Shown: piece after piece, positions 1-16,160 of the stretch
Position numbering within the stretch: the first letter of the stretch is position 1
How the letters are laid out: each line of letters opens with the position of its first letter
Origin: an uncultured Phycisphaerales bacterium
Lineage (GTDB): Bacteria; Planctomycetota; Phycisphaerae; Sedimentisphaerales; Anaerobacaceae
Assembly: GCA_963772725.1 (NCBI GenBank)
Contig: CAVYYI010000003.1
Coordinates: 160,001 to 224,000, forward strand
DNA: 64,000 bases
Reading direction: 5' to 3'
Translations under genes and position numbers: made by a program
Notes under the pieces: model-generated
What the model was told of the DNA's origin: nothing
What the model saw: the letters and a program-made list of their open reading frames with translations, nothing else
Databases searched by the model: none

Positions 1-738
1 CGGACGCAAATCCGGCGGTATCACCGGAATCACCTCAAAAACCATCCAGCTCGGCTTATTGCTGCTGCTTTTGACTGAGTTTACCGTTTTAAGACGCTTT
101 GTCAGGTCTTTGATTTTCTGCTTGCTCTTTGTCTTGGTTACCCCAAGTCTCAGTTCGCGACCTAACACATCAAGGTCAAGATTAGACAGCAACGTCTTAA
201 TCGCCTCGCCGCCCATTGCCGCCTTAAAAGTGTTCCCATATTTATTGCTCGCCTCACGGCATTCTTCTTCGTTGAGTAATTGACCAGCCTTCATCGGGCT
301 CTGACCCGCATCAATTACTACATAATCCTGAAAATAAATTATCTTCTCAAGGCTCGATGCTTTCATATCGAGAAGTGTCGCCAGATGATTCGGAACTGCC
401 TTGAAAAACCATATATGAACACACGGCGACGCAAGATTGATATGACCCATTCTTTTGCGGCGAACTCTGCTGTGGGTAACCTTCACACCGCACCGGTCGC
501 ATATTATCCCTTTGAATTTCGTGCCTTTATACTTGCCGCACGCGCATTCCCAGTCCCGCTCAGGACCAAAAATTCGTTCGCAGAACAAACCGTCTTTTTC
601 CGGACGATACGTGCGGTAATTAATCGTCTCAGGCTTGCGAACCTCGCCGAAAGACCAGCTTCGAATATCATTGGGACTTGCAAGTGAAATCTTTACCGAA
701 CCGTAATCATTAATTCTATCGTAAATATTTCCCAACAT
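1..738 (-). CDS. rpoC: RNA polymerase beta' subunit, N-terminal part (runs off window start; at least one indel likely)
   Basis: Manual translation from ATG at 738: [72 protein letters not shown]; directly follows rpoB. Confidence 0.95.
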   Translation of the reverse strand, partial: MLGNIYDRINDYGSVKISLASPNDIRSWSFGEVRKPETINYRTYRPEKDGLFCERIFGPERDWECACGKYKGTKFKGIICDRCGVKVTHSRVRRKRMGHINLASPCVHIWFFKAVPNHLATLLDMKASSLEKIIYFQDYVVIDAGQSPMKAGQLLNEEECREASNKYGNTFKAAMGGEAIKTLLSNLDLDVLGRELRLGVTKTKSKQKIKDLTKRLKTVNSVKSSSNKPSWMVFEVIPVIPPDLRP

Positions 739-792
739 TTAAGGCTAACTCCTTATTTTAATCTGATATCTTTTTTCAGAACATTTTCTACT

Positions 793-4579
<3,787 letters not shown>

Positions 4580-4669
4580 TTATAGCTCCCATTTATTGGC
4601 TAATAGCGAATAGCGGCAGTACTTTCTGCTCGCTATCCGCTAATTCCATTATTCTGACTTTTTTACTTC

Positions 4670-5074
4670 TTATGCTAATTCGATTGTCGCCCCAGCTGCT
4701 TCCAACTGCTTCTTTGCCGCCTCGGCCTCATCTTTGCTCATACCTTCTTTAACAGTCTTCGGTGCGCCTTCTACGAGGTCTTTCGCCTCTTTAAGCCCTA
4801 ATCCTGTTATAGCGCGGATTTCCTTAATAACCTGAATCTTCTTGTCGCCGAATCCCTTTAACACCAGGTTAAAGCTGGTCTTCTCTTCCGCCTTTTCCGC
4901 CGCGCCTGCGCCAGCTGCCGGCCCTGCCATCATCACTGCGCCGCCCGCCGCCGGTTCAATCCCGTATTCCGCCTTCAAATAATCCGCCAGTTCTTTCGCC
5001 TGCATCAGCGTTAAACCGACTATCTTATCTCCCAATTCCTTTACCGCACTGTTCCACTCTTTACCTTCTGCCAT
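4670..5074 (-). CDS. rplL: 50S ribosomal protein L7/L12
   Basis: [28 protein letters not shown] motif; AGGAG RBS upstream of ATG 5074. Confidence 0.97.
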   Translation of the reverse strand: MAEGKEWNSAVKELGDKIVGLTLMQAKELADYLKAEYGIEPAAGGAVMMAGPAAGAGAAEKAEEKTSFNLVLKGFGDKKIQVIKEIRAITGLGLKEAKDLVEGAPKTVKEGMSKDEAEAAKKQLEAAGATIELA

Positions 5075-5200
5075 TGTATTCAACTCCTGTTATTACCTTA
5101 CGCCCTATGGTAGCCGAAACTACACCGTCTCGTTTAACCCGCCTTGGCGGGGCAGCCATAAAGGCAATTTTTATTTACTCGTTATTTGTTAAATTGTTCT

Positions 5201-5743
5201 TTACGCCGCCGGTTTTTCCGCTTTTTCCGCCTTTTCTATAATGCTCTTTATGCAGCCAGCGATTGCTCCCGCAGGTGATGTTATAGCCGAGGCCAGCTTT
5301 GCTCCAGGTGACATGAACAACATAACTATCTGCGACCTCAGTTCCGCACGGTTGGGAAGCTTTGAAAGCCTCTTGGCACTCAACGCGTCCAAAACCGAAT
5401 TATCCACAAATGCGGCCCTTATCTCCAAAACAGGTATCTTCTTGACCCATTCTTCGATTTCCTTTGCCGCGTCAACTATGCTCTCACCACCGTAAACAAT
5501 TGTACACGTACCCTCAAAAATCGGCGATGCATCAGCGAGCTTCTGGTTAGCCAGGGCTTTTTTGAACAAAGAATTCTTCACCACCAGTAAGCCTATGCCC
5601 TTTCTGCCAAGCTGACCTCGCATAATGTTGTTCTCAATCCCGTTGACGCCCTTTGTGCTTACCACTATAAAATCACTGACTTTATGCTTCGCGATTATAT
5701 TTTCGTATTCCGCCTGCAATAATCCTTTTATTTGTTTACTCAT
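5201..5743 (-). CDS. rplJ: 50S ribosomal protein L10
   Basis: VVKNSLFKKAL and LSKLPNRAELRSQI motifs; lies between rplA and rplL. Confidence 0.93.
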   Translation of the reverse strand: MSKQIKGLLQAEYENIIAKHKVSDFIVVSTKGVNGIENNIMRGQLGRKGIGLLVVKNSLFKKALANQKLADASPIFEGTCTIVYGGESIVDAAKEIEEWVKKIPVLEIRAAFVDNSVLDALSAKRLSKLPNRAELRSQIVMLFMSPGAKLASAITSPAGAIAGCIKSIIEKAEKAEKPAA

Positions 5744-5802
5744 TTTATCACCTTAAATGCTTAATATTCTGAGCCTTTAAAAAACATCACCTTTTCTGCC
5801 GA

Positions 5803-6477
5803 TTAAACGTTTACCAGAACGCCCGGACTCATCGTCGCCGATATGGCTATCTTCTTGATATAGGTACCCTTCGACGACGCGGGTTTTATTTTTTTGATAT
5901 GTTCAAGAAAAGCCTGTATGTTTCCAACCAGCTTCTCCGCCTCGAAACTCTGCTTTCCTACAACCGCGTGCACGTTCCCGCCCGCGTCATTTTTAAACTC
6001 CACTTTGCCGGCCGCGAACTCCGCAACCGCTGATGCCACGTTCGCCGTAACCGTCCCATTCTTAGGAGATGGCATTTTGCCCTGCGGACCAAGAACACGG
6101 CCAAGTTTACCCACTTTACCCATAAGCTTCGGCGACGCTATCGCCACGTCGAAATCCATCCAGCCGTCGGTAACTTTTTTTACCAAATCGTCGCCGCCAG
6201 CTTCAATGGCGCCTGCGTTTTTAGCCGCTTCAATATCCGAATCTTCGCAGAATGCAATTACTTTCTTCTGCTTGCCTATCCCGTGAGGAAGTGAAATCGA
6301 CCCGCGAATCAACTGTTCGGCCATCTTGGTATCTATACCAAGGTGAACCACGCATTCTATACTCTGGTCGAATTTTGCCTGAAACGACTTAACGATATTG
6401 ACAGCCTCTGTCAGGCTCACAGGATTCTGGTTTACCTTCTCAAAATCTTTCTTATATCTCTTACTTCTAAAACCCAT
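5803..6477 (-). CDS. rplA: 50S ribosomal protein L1
   Basis: LPHGIGK, GKLGRVLGPQGKMPSPKNGTVT and ISATMSPG motifs. Confidence 0.97.
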   Translation of the reverse strand: MGFRSKRYKKDFEKVNQNPVSLTEAVNIVKSFQAKFDQSIECVVHLGIDTKMAEQLIRGSISLPHGIGKQKKVIAFCEDSDIEAAKNAGAIEAGGDDLVKKVTDGWMDFDVAIASPKLMGKVGKLGRVLGPQGKMPSPKNGTVTANVASAVAEFAAGKVEFKNDAGGNVHAVVGKQSFEAEKLVGNIQAFLEHIKKIKPASSKGTYIKKIAISATMSPGVLVNV

Positions 6478-6504
6478 AAAAACTCCTGAATTTCGCGAAT
6501 AACA

Positions 6505-6545
6505 TTCTTCTTCGCTCCCACTATTTCATGCCGTGGTATCGCATA
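6505..6545 (-). promoter_or_regulatory. putative L1-binding autoregulatory mRNA element
   Basis: mRNA strand reads GCG-ATACCAC-(11 nt)-GTGGGAG-CG just upstream of the rplA RBS. Both halves resemble the 23S L1-stalk core, in swapped order. Confidence 0.4.
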
Positions 6546-6573
6546 TATCCAACTCAAAACTGAAAACTCAAAA

Positions 6574-6999
6574 CTATTTTTCTACGTCTATCCCCATGCT
6601 CCGAGCTGTGCCTTCTATTATTTTGCAGGCATTCTCGATGTCATAGGCGTTGAGGTCTTTCATTTTTCTCTCAGCGATTTTCCGTACCTGTTCCATGGTA
6701 ACTTTCCCGACCTTTTCCTTATTCGGAACACCGCTTCCCTGTGCCACACCAGCCGCCTCTTTTAAAAGCACCGCCGCTGGCGGACTCTTAACCTCAAACG
6801 TGAAACTCTTATCCTTATAAACAGTTATGACAACCGGAACAACCATACCATTAAGCTCTTTTGTCCGTTCGTTAAACTGCGAAACAAACTGACCGATATT
6901 AACGCCATGCTGACCAAGTGCCGGACCTATTGGCGGTGCTGGTGTTGCCTGGCCGCCCTTGGCCTGCAGCTTGATTTGTACTACCACTTCCTTAGCCAT
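6574..6999 (-). CDS. rplK: 50S ribosomal protein L11
   Basis: [19 protein letters not shown] and GTARSMGI motifs. Confidence 0.98.
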   Translation of the reverse strand: MAKEVVVQIKLQAKGGQATPAPPIGPALGQHGVNIGQFVSQFNERTKELNGMVVPVVITVYKDKSFTFEVKSPPAAVLLKEAAGVAQGSGVPNKEKVGKVTMEQVRKIAERKMKDLNAYDIENACKIIEGTARSMGIDVEK

Positions 7000-7038
7000 T
7001 TATTTTACCTCTACCAACTACGAACTAATAACTACAAA

Positions 7039-7582
7039 CTAAATCTTTTCTATCTGCCAGTATTCTATATCCAGCGGCGTACTTCGCCCGAATATCGTTA
7101 CTATCACTTTTACAATTCCACGTTCAGAATCGATCGAATCTACAACGCCCTCGAAGTTCTCAAATGCACCTTCACGAATCTTAATCTGGTCGCCTTTTTT
7201 GAACTCCACTTTAATACTCGGCGCCTCTTCAGGCTTTTCAGCCTCCAGGAGCATCTTCGCCGCATCCGTATCACGCATCGGCGTCGGAACACCTTCCGTG
7301 CCGATAAAATCGCCGACACCGGAAGTTTCCTTTATCAGAAACCACGCTTTTTCAGGGGGCTTTGCCGTCCGGCAGCGGTTCCATCTCCATAAAAACATAG
7401 CCGGGATAAAGCTTGCGCTTATAAACCGTCTGCTTATTGCCGCGAATCCTTTTCACTCGCTCGACAGGAACTTCTATTCTGCCAACGATATCGCCAAGCC
7501 CTTCCATTTTAACCTTCTGGCTAAGGGCCTCTCTGACCTGCATTTCCTGATTCGACTGAACTCGTAATACGTACCACTGCAT
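7039..7582 (-). CDS. nusG: transcription termination/antitermination factor NusG (one frameshift near 7370)
   Basis: MQWYVLRVQSNQE..LYPGYVF (NGN domain) in one frame; GDQIKIREGAFENFEG..IFGRSTP (KOW domain) in the next. Confidence 0.95.
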
Positions 7583-7627
7583 TTTTTGTGCCTACAGTTT
7601 TAACTCTGCTTTATTTTTTAAATCCTG

Positions 7628-8004
7628 TTAAATACCTATCAGCCAGCCGAAAAATACCTGAAGCAGCAAATCCGCCACTCCCAATAATACACTCATCATA
7701 ACAACAACCACTATTACAACAATGTCGAAACCGCTATTTCTTTTCGGCTCGACCAGTTGACCTTTTTCATTTCGCCTTCAGAGGAAATCATAAAATCTGC
7801 TATCGAGGGTTTGTTTACCAGCCAGAAGCACAAACAGCTCAATACCACAAACACTACAACAGGCGTCATTATTTTTATCCAAATACCGGCGTCTATCTTC
7901 TGCGAAAGCTGCCAACAACCCAGACCTACTACCAAAACACCGCTAAACGCACTGCCCAGCCTTGTATATTTCCCCTGATTCGCTTTATAAACTTCAAATA
8001 TCAT
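7628..8004 (-). CDS. secE: preprotein translocase subunit SecE (one frameshift near 7725)
   Basis: YKANQGKYTR, two TM helices and EGEMKKVNWSSRKE; the last TM helix continues in another frame to TAA at 7628. Confidence 0.88.
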
Positions 8005-8067
8005 TTTTAACAAGCCTCTTTTACTTTTTCCTTTATAAATTTCCTCTCCACTGGCAGCTTCAACTAT

Positions 8068-8140
8068 CAGGCCAGGGAGGAATTGAACCCCCAACCTTCG
8101 GTTTTGGAGACCGACGCTCTGCCAATTGAGCTACTGGCCT
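8068..8140 (-). tRNA. tRNA-Trp (CCA)
   Basis: AGGCCAGTAGCTCAATTGGCAGAGCGTCGGTCTCCAAAACCGAAGGTTGGGGGTTCAATTCCTCCCTGGCCTG folds as a cloverleaf with anticodon CCA; canonical position before secE; 3' CCA not encoded. Confidence 0.96.
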
Positions 8141-8169
8141 ACTTATTCCATTGTCCTTTCTTATCCGAA

Positions 8170-8344
8170 TCAGTTTTACCTTTACGCTTTATCTTATGAA
8201 CCGTATGCTTCCGTTCGCATCTTGCAATATTTTTTCAGCTCCATCTTCGGCGTGCCTTCCGCAACACTTATTCCGTGCGATAGTTTCGCTGCCGCATTCC
8301 TTGCATTCCAGCCAAACGTATTCTCTTTTACTTTTTTTAGCCAT
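8170..8344 (-). CDS. rpmG: 50S ribosomal protein L33 (Cys-containing type; indels; 3' end approximate)
   Basis: Not in ORF track. Manual reading MAKKSKREYVWLECKECG..NYRTE..TPKMELKKYC..CERKHTVHK between tuf and tRNA-Trp. Confidence 0.85.
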
Positions 8345-8440
8345 AATATCCGTCCTGCACGGCAAACCTGCTTATCTCAAAAAAGACAGCACTCCAGCCG
8401 ATGCCTTCAAAACACGTGAAGTTTTACAGTTCAAAATCGA

Positions 8441-9671
8441 CTAACCGATAACCTTCGTTACAACGCCGGCGCCGACCGTGCTGCCGCCTTCACGAATGGC
8501 GAAACGAAGACCTTCTTCCATCGCGATCGGTGAAATAATTTCCACTTCCATCGCGATGTTATCGCCTGGCATACACATCTCTGCCTTTTTCCATCACGGC
8601 TCATTAATGCCTGAACTGTACCCGTTACGTCGGTTGTCCTGAAATAGAACTGCGGCTTATAGTTCGGGAAGAACGGTGTATGACGGCCGCCTTCCTCTTT
8701 TGTCAGTACATAAACCTCAGACATGAACTTCGTGTGAGGTGTAATGCTCCCGGGTTTGGCAATAACCTGTCCGCTTTCAAGGTCTTTCTTTTCGATACCT
8801 CTCAGCAGCAATCCAACGTTATCGCCGGCCTGTCCTTCGTCAAGTGTCTTGTTGAACATTTCGACGCCGGTAACAACGGATTTCGATTATATCTTTAGAC
8901 AAGTCCGATGATCGCCACTTCTTCGCCGACCTTTACCATGCCTCTTTCAATCCTGCCCGTGCCGACCGTACCACTGCCTTTAATGCTGAATACGTCTTCA
9001 ACCGGCATAAGGAACGGCTTATCGATTTCACGCTTTGGAATCGGAATATACTCGTCCATCGCCTTGAGCAAATCAACTATTGGCTTACAAGCTGGGTCAT
9101 CTTTTGACTCAGCCTTCATCGCTTTAATCGCTGAACCGCGAATAATCGGCGTCTCATCGCCGGGGAACTCATATTTCGTTAAGCAGGTCGCTTATTTCCA
9201 TCTCAACCAGATCCAGCAGCTCTGGGTCATCTACCAGGTCAACCTTGTTCAAAAATACTACTATCTTCGGCACGTTAACCTGACGGGCAAGAAGAATATG
9301 CTCGCGGGTCTGAGGCATCGGGCCGTCATAAGCGCTAACCACCAGAATCGCGCCATCCATCTGGGCAGCTCCGGTTATCATGTTCTTCACATAGTCGGCG
9401 TGACCCGGGCAGTCAACGTGTGCATAGTGTCTGTTTTCCGTTCATATACTCCACGTGTGCTGTCGCTATAGTCAAAATCTTCGAATCGATCACGGCGTCC
9501 CTGAGACTCCGACGCCTTGGCGATATCGTCATAGGATTTAAACTTTGACAAACCATTCAGTTCCATTACCTTGGTCATTGCCGCTGTCAGCGTAGTCTTG
9601 CCATGGTCAACGTGACCAATCGTACCCACGTTCACATGCGGTTTCGTGCGTTGAAATACTTCTTTAGCCAT
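8441..9671 (-). CDS. tuf: elongation factor Tu (several frameshifts)
   Basis: [67 protein letters not shown]; ends [13 protein letters not shown]. Confidence 0.97.
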
Positions 9672-9800
9672 TTATAAAACCTCCAATCTAAGTTTTTATT
9701 TCTACTTTTTTTGTTCTTTCCAGTTACCGGATACCCATCGCAACTTTTTCTAATCAACTCATAGCCGGGACCGCCCGGACATGACCTGACTCTATACTTC

Positions 9801-9873
<73 letters not shown>

Positions 9874-10290
9874 AACACCACTTCCGCTCGGACTTTACAT
9901 CCTTAGCGAATCGGATATTGCCCAAAAAACACACTTTCCACTGTGCCTAATCCCGCACAGCAGCATAGAAAACTCATATTTATCTTAGTTTGACAGCAAT
10001 GCAAGCGGTGCATTTTACAAAACTTCCTGCCAAAGTGCAAATAGAAAAAAAATAAAAAATCACAAAAAATTTGAATTTTTTACAACTTTTTCTTAAATTT
10101 TGGCATTCATTCTCATTTTTTTGCCCTTGTCCGCTCAAAAACGCAATAAACTCAACCTCAGCAATTGCGGCCTGAGACTGATAAAAATCGAAAATTTAGC
10201 ACTCGCTATCTTAAATATATCTCTCTTGTGGTTACTAATTCTACAAAACTTCATGATCGCCGCTGTGGACTTTCATAATAATTTTCGCTC

Positions 10291-13200
10291 CTACTGGAAC
10301 ATCTCCTTTTTTTCAAACCAACTATAAATAGTCGGCAGTACCAATAATGTTGCCAGTGTAGAAGTAATAAGCCCGCCGACAACGACCATCGCCAGCGGCT
10401 TCTGAACTTCCGAACCCGGCCCAGTTGCCAAAATCATCGGTATCAGACTGAATACCGTAATTGAAGCCGTCATAAGTATCGGACGCAATCTCGCCTTGCA
10501 GGCGGTAAATACCGCCTCTTCACTTTCCATACCTGATGCCCGCAATTGCATAACATAGGATATAAGCACAACGCCATTGAGCACCGCGACTCCAAAGAGC
10601 ACGATAAATCCAACCGAGGCCGGAACAGACAGATACATTCCGGTAAGGTGAAGGATAAATATGCCGCCGACCAGTGCGAATGGCAATGTAATCAGTACCA
10701 AGACCGCAAGCTTGAGAGATTTGAAGCTTATAAACAGCAGCAGCAGTATCAGACCGATAACCAAAGGCGTTATAATGGACAGACGCCTCATCGCCTGTTT
10801 TTGATTTTCAAACTGGCCGCCCCATTCAATATAGTAACCCGCAGGCAAGGCAACTTTTTCTTTTATTTGTTTTTGAGCGTCGGCAACAAAACTGCCAATA
10901 TCTCTGCCCTGAACATTGAGTTCAATGGCCATACGCTTTTGCGCATTTTCACGGCTGATCTGTACCGGACCTTCTTCAACGGTTATATCGGCCAATTGAC
11001 TCAGAGGAATACTGTACCCCTGCTTTGAATCGATCAGATATCGCCTAACGACTGTGCTGAATTGCACGTGTACTGTCAGGGAAATTCAGCACAAGATCAA
11101 AAACTTTGCTTTCCTGATAAATTTGTGAAGCGGGTTTGCCGCCCATCGCTATTTCGATAACATTGAGCACATCGCTTACATTCATGCCGTATCGGGCAAT
11201 TTTATTCCTGTCGACTTTGATCGACACATACGGTTGTCCTGCAACAACTTCGGAGACAAGTCGTTGCTGCCTTTGACACCTGACAAAACGGACGGCAATC
11301 TCGTCGAGCTTTTTGCTTTCAGGATTTCAGAATCATCGCCAAATAGTTTGACAATTATTTGCGCTTTGGTGCCGGCGACAAGTTCATCTATTCGGCACTG
11401 GATCGGCTGGCTGAAACCATAAGCGATGCCGGGAATATCCTCGATGGCCTCTCTCATTTTCCCGAACAGTTCTTCTCGTGTTTTTGCGTTCTTCCACTCG
11501 GATCGAGGCTTCAGCGAACCGACAAATCCTGTTTTTTCAACGCCTCTTGCCTCAATAGCGATGCCCGTCTGGCCGGTTTTGCCGATAACAGTCTCAAGTT
11601 CTTCAAACTGCATCAGCCGTTTTTGCACCATTTGCGCAATCATTGCCGACCGCTCAAGAGAGGTGCCCGGCGGAAGCTGAATATCCATATCAAATGCCCC
11701 CTCATCCATAATCGGCACAAATTCTCTTCCGAGGCATGGTACGCTCGCAAGGCGATGCGATAAGCACTATAACCGAAATTGCGACAACCGCCGGCCCGCC
11801 TGCCCATTGCCCAGCGACAGCATCGGTAGATAAACTCGCATGGCAAATTTCATCAGCGGACTTTCTTTTTCATCCCCATGTTTGAAGAAAAAATCGACAC
11901 AGAACAGGAATCACAAAAATCGAAAGAAACATCGACGCAAAAAGAGCAATTGCCACCGTGTATGCAAGCGGCGCAAACATTTTGCCTTCCATACCCTGCA
12001 GCATGATTATCGGTATAAATGTCAAAGCGATGATCAATTCGCCGAAAATACTTGGCTTTCTTACCTCCACAACGGCTTTGAATACCGTAGCGAGTTTATG
12101 GGTTTTATCTTTCAAATGGCCCAAATGCCGCTGCACATTTTCAACCTGAATAATAGTCGCATCAATGATCATTCCGATTGAAATGGCAAGCCCGCCCAGC
12201 GACATCAAATTCGCATTCAGGCCGGCATGTTTCATTACTATAAATGTCAGCAGCATGGACAGCGGCAAGGCCAGCAGAACAATCAATGCCCCTCTGAAAC
12301 TGCGAAGAAGCAGATAGAGCACAATTACAACAAGAATCGCACCTTCAGCCAGCGTCTTTGTTACCGTATTAATACTTTTGCCGACAATTTCAGAACGGTC
12401 ATAAAAAGGCTGATATTTTGATGCCGATTGGGCAGTACGGTTGAGGCATTTATTTCCTCTACTTTGGCCTTTACGCGTTTGACAACTTCGCGGCTGTTTT
12501 CGCCCTTGAGCATCATTACCACGCCGCCGACGGCCTCACCTTTGCCATCTTTGATAGCCAGGCCCTGCCGATCGCGTGACGCCGATATACTTCCGCAACA
12601 TCTTTAATGAATACCGGTACGCCATCATGCGATTTGAGCACGATATTGCCGATATCCGCCTCATCGCGGATAAGGCCGATGCCGCGGATAACATACTGCT
12701 CGGTTGGCGTTTCGATGACATTTCCGCCGACATTCTGGTTATTTTTTTCAATGGCCTCAAAAACATCCTGCACTGAAACTTTGTAGGTCAAAAGCTTTTC
12801 AGGGCTTAAGCATTACCTGAAATTGCTTTAAATAGCCGCCAAATGAGTTGATTTCATTTACGCCGGCCAGCCCTTTGAGAATCGGTGCAACCACCCAATC
12901 CTGCAATGTGCGAAGTTCGGTAAAATATGCGACTTTTTCATTAGGGTCGGAAGGCTCTTTGCCCTCAAGCGTGTATTGATAAATTTCACCCATTGCTGTA
13001 GCGATCGGCCCCATTTCACATTCCACGCCGGCAGGGCAGTTTTTCTTTAGCGCCGGTGAGCCGTTCAAATACAAGCTGGCGGGCAAAATAAATATCCACA
13101 TCATCCTTGAATACAAGCGTAACAACGGATAAGCCGTATTTTGTCGTTGATCGCATTGTTTCAAGCCCGGGAATGCCTCGCATGGACATTTCGACCGGAT

Positions 13201-13399
13201 AGGTTACAAATTTTTCAATTTCCAAAGGCGAAAGCCCCGGCGCATTGCTGACAATTTCAACCTGCACATTTGTAACATCCGGGAACGCATCGATGGGCAT
13301 TGTTTTAAATGCAACCGTTCCCAAGCCGATTATCGCAGCAACGAGAATCACAATCAAAAGCCTGTTGCTCATCGCAAGACTCATTAGTTTTTCAATCAT
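10291..13399 (-). CDS. czcA: CusA/CzcA-family heavy-metal RND efflux permease (multiple frameshifts)
   Basis: [56 protein letters not shown] and [11 protein letters not shown] motifs in collinear fragments. Confidence 0.92.
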
Positions 13400-13430
13400 T
13401 ATTTAACCTCGAATAAGCAATACCTATGAA

Positions 13431-14699
13431 TTAATGTCCGCCGCAAGGATCTTCAGTCGACTTGGTCATTTCTGATTTAAGCGTGAATGCTCCTTTGGCA
13501 ACATACTTTTGACCCTGCTCCAAACCTGATACAATTTCAGCAAATTCACCATTTATTCGTCCAAGCTGTACTTCCTGCGGCCTTAAAGCCTTCTTCTGCA
13601 GCAATAAAAACAAAGGATTTGCCTTCACATCGTTACAATGGCATCTTTGGGCACAACCATTTTGCAATCCACCTCCTCTACATAAATATTGGCAGTCGCA
13701 AAAGTGCCTGGCCGCCACTGGCCCGAATCATTCGGCAGGATGATGCGGGCAAGAGCGGTTCTGGTGTTTTCCTCAACCACGCTGCTGACATAACTGACAA
13801 CACCTTCACCCTGATTGTGTTCGGTTTTAAGCACGGCTTTTTGGCCTTGCTTTGACTCTCGGCAAATCTTTCTGATGAATATTTACGTTCACCCACACAT
13901 TGCTCAGATCCGCAATTACAAACGGTTCCGAATCATCTTTGAGCACTTCGCCGATCGTAATATGTTTTTCGATGATTGTGCCGTCTATTGGCGCTGATAA
14001 CCTCATAGACGATAAAGGATTCTTCCGGATGATTTGGCAGATTTTTCAGATACTCTTGTGAAAATCCCAAGTGCATGAAGTTTCTGCTCGGCAGAGCGCA
14101 GTTCGATTCTGGGCATCCGCCAAATCACGTTTGGCATTAAGATATTCCTGCTCGGCGGTAATCTTCTTTTCCCAGAGATTCTTTTCACGCTCAAACATCG
14201 TTTCGGCAAGCGCAATTTTTTCCCTTGCTCCAAGATAACCCGCCTTGTAATCAGCAAGTTCGCGGCTGTGTATCACGGCAAGCACCTCACCGGCCCGGAC
14301 TTTATCGCCAAGAGTTTTTATTACAGAGCGGACAACGCCGGGAATTCGCGGCACTACATGGGCCTTCCTGTCGCCATTTAACGCTATTTCTGCAGGAAGC
14401 ATTGTGTGTATCCCGATTTTGCCTGCACCAGCCCGTGCTAGTTCTATTCCAAACTGCTTAATAGTCGAATCTTTGAGCTTAATAATGCCTTCGTGAGCAT
14501 GTGCATCTTCACTTTCACCATGCTCTTCCTGCCCATCTTTTTCATTATGGATTGTTATATCAGAGTGAACCTCATCTGTTGATTGACCTAATTTGATTCC
14601 ACAAACTAAAAAAATTGCCGCCACCAGCAACACTATTTTGTGCTTCATTATCATCGCCGGCATTTTGTCTTTAACTATTAATAATATATTGCTTTTCAT
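13431..14699 (-). CDS. czcB: CzcB-like periplasmic adaptor (membrane fusion protein), His-rich N-terminus (frameshifted)
   Basis: EEHGESEDAHAHEG, HVVPRIPGVV..LGDKVRAGE, ENTRTALARI..WRPGTF and EIVSGLEQG motifs; between the TolC and RND genes. Confidence 0.88.
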
Positions 14700-14727
14700 T
14701 GTCTTGTCCTTTTATTTTATGTATGTT

Positions 14728-16059
14728 TTAATCACCAATGCTTTGTCCGATTAATCCTTCCATATCAGTTTTTGCTTTATGGTAAGAAACCAATGTTTCA
14801 AAATATTCTCTTTGCGATACAAAATAAGTCCTTTGAGCATCCAGTACATTCAGATAATCAATCTTGCCTTCAGAATATGCTATTTGGGAAGCTTCAAAGA
14901 CTTCTCTCGCAGCAGACACAATAGAATCTTTAAGTCCCTTAACCTTATTAAGCGAAACCGAAAGGTCGGTGTATATCTGATTGAATTGATTTACTACCTC
15001 AATGCGAGCCGCTCTTTGCTCTTGATATGACTTCGAAAGATTATAAACAGCCTCCCTTTTTCCGCCCTGATTCCGGTTAAATATCGGCAAAGGAATGGAA
15101 ACCCCAAAGACAAAAGCATTGTCGTCAGTTTCGTTGAATCTTTTGACTCCGGCACCAACGGATATATCAGGAAGAGCCCCCGATTTTGCCAGTTCCAAAG
15201 CCGCTTTATCCCGAGCGATTTCTTTTTCCCATCGCCCCAATTGCGGATTTTGTAGAAGCTTCTGCTGTAAATCCCCAATTTCAGGAATCTCCGTTACCAT
15301 CTCCAGTTGACCCTCAGCTCGTTTAAATTTGGCTTGCTCATTCCCCCAGAACGATGCTGCTTTTTTCCTGGCTGTTTCAAGCTCTTGTAATGCCTGTTTA
15401 TATTCAAGTTGTACATTCAGGTGAGCAACTGATGCCTTAGTCTTCTCTACAGGAGAATCTTTTCCTGCTTCCACTCGCTGACTAACGCTTCTGAAAGTCT
15501 TTTCAGATACATCAACAAGCTCTGCGAGCAGTTTCACTTTTTCCTGGATAGAAAGAAGTTCAACATAGGCTTTGCTTGCTTCCGTTAAAACTTCAAGCCG
15601 CTTGGCCTTATAATCCCAGCCGCTCAAATCCTTCTCCAGTGAGGCAACCTTTTTTCTCTTCTGCGCCTTATTGCCAAGCTCGATAGGTTGACTAAGCAAA
15701 ATTGTTGTCTCTGCCGCATCAAAACCACTCATAGCCCCAGAGCCGCCGACATCATCCACTCCAATATCAAGCGATGGATTTGGCCAAAGACCGGCCTGCA
15801 ACTCTCTCGCCTCCGCAGCCCTCGTCTCTAATGAAAACGCCTTCAATTCGGGGTTATGCATCAGAGTTAAAGCCAACACCTGCCGTAGAGTTAAAACCTC
15901 GTTAGGTTCAGTTATTTCAACAATTTCCTCACTCTGGTTATTGACAGGCTCAGAGATAGGAATTTTGTTTTCCTGATATTCCGCAGTATATCCATCAGCA
16001 CACCACGTCAATAGAATAGCAAACAAAAGTGACGCAACTATAAATTTTCGTTTCTTCAT
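14728..16059 (-). CDS. czcC: TolC/CzcC-family outer membrane efflux protein
   Basis: Signal peptide; QAGLWPNP, LSQPIELGNK, SIPLPIFNRNQG and YLNVLDAQR OEP motifs. Start re-placed at MKKRKF. Confidence 0.9.
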   Translation of the reverse strand: MKKRKFIVASLLFAILLTWCADGYTAEYQENKIPISEPVNNQSEEIVEITEPNEVLTLRQVLALTLMHNPELKAFSLETRAAEARELQAGLWPNPSLDIGVDDVGGSGAMSGFDAAETTILLSQPIELGNKAQKRKKVASLEKDLSGWDYKAKRLEVLTEASKAYVELLSIQEKVKLLAELVDVSEKTFRSVSQRVEAGKDSPVEKTKASVAHLNVQLEYKQALQELETARKKAASFWGNEQAKFKRAEGQLEMVTEIPEIGDLQQKLLQNPQLGRWEKEIARDKAALELAKSGALPDISVGAGVKRFNETDDNAFVFGVSIPLPIFNRNQGGKREAVYNLSKSYQEQRAARIEVVNQFNQIYTDLSVSLNKVKGLKDSIVSAAREVFEASQIAYSEGKIDYLNVLDAQRTYFVSQREYFETLVSYHKAKTDMEGLIGQSIGD

Positions 16060-16160
16060 AAACAACATTCCTTGAAATATACGGTTAAAGCAAATTGTCG
16101 GAATGGATAGACCATCTCCCAGACAATATTGAGCAATTAGGCAAGAATAGGAACGGCGTA

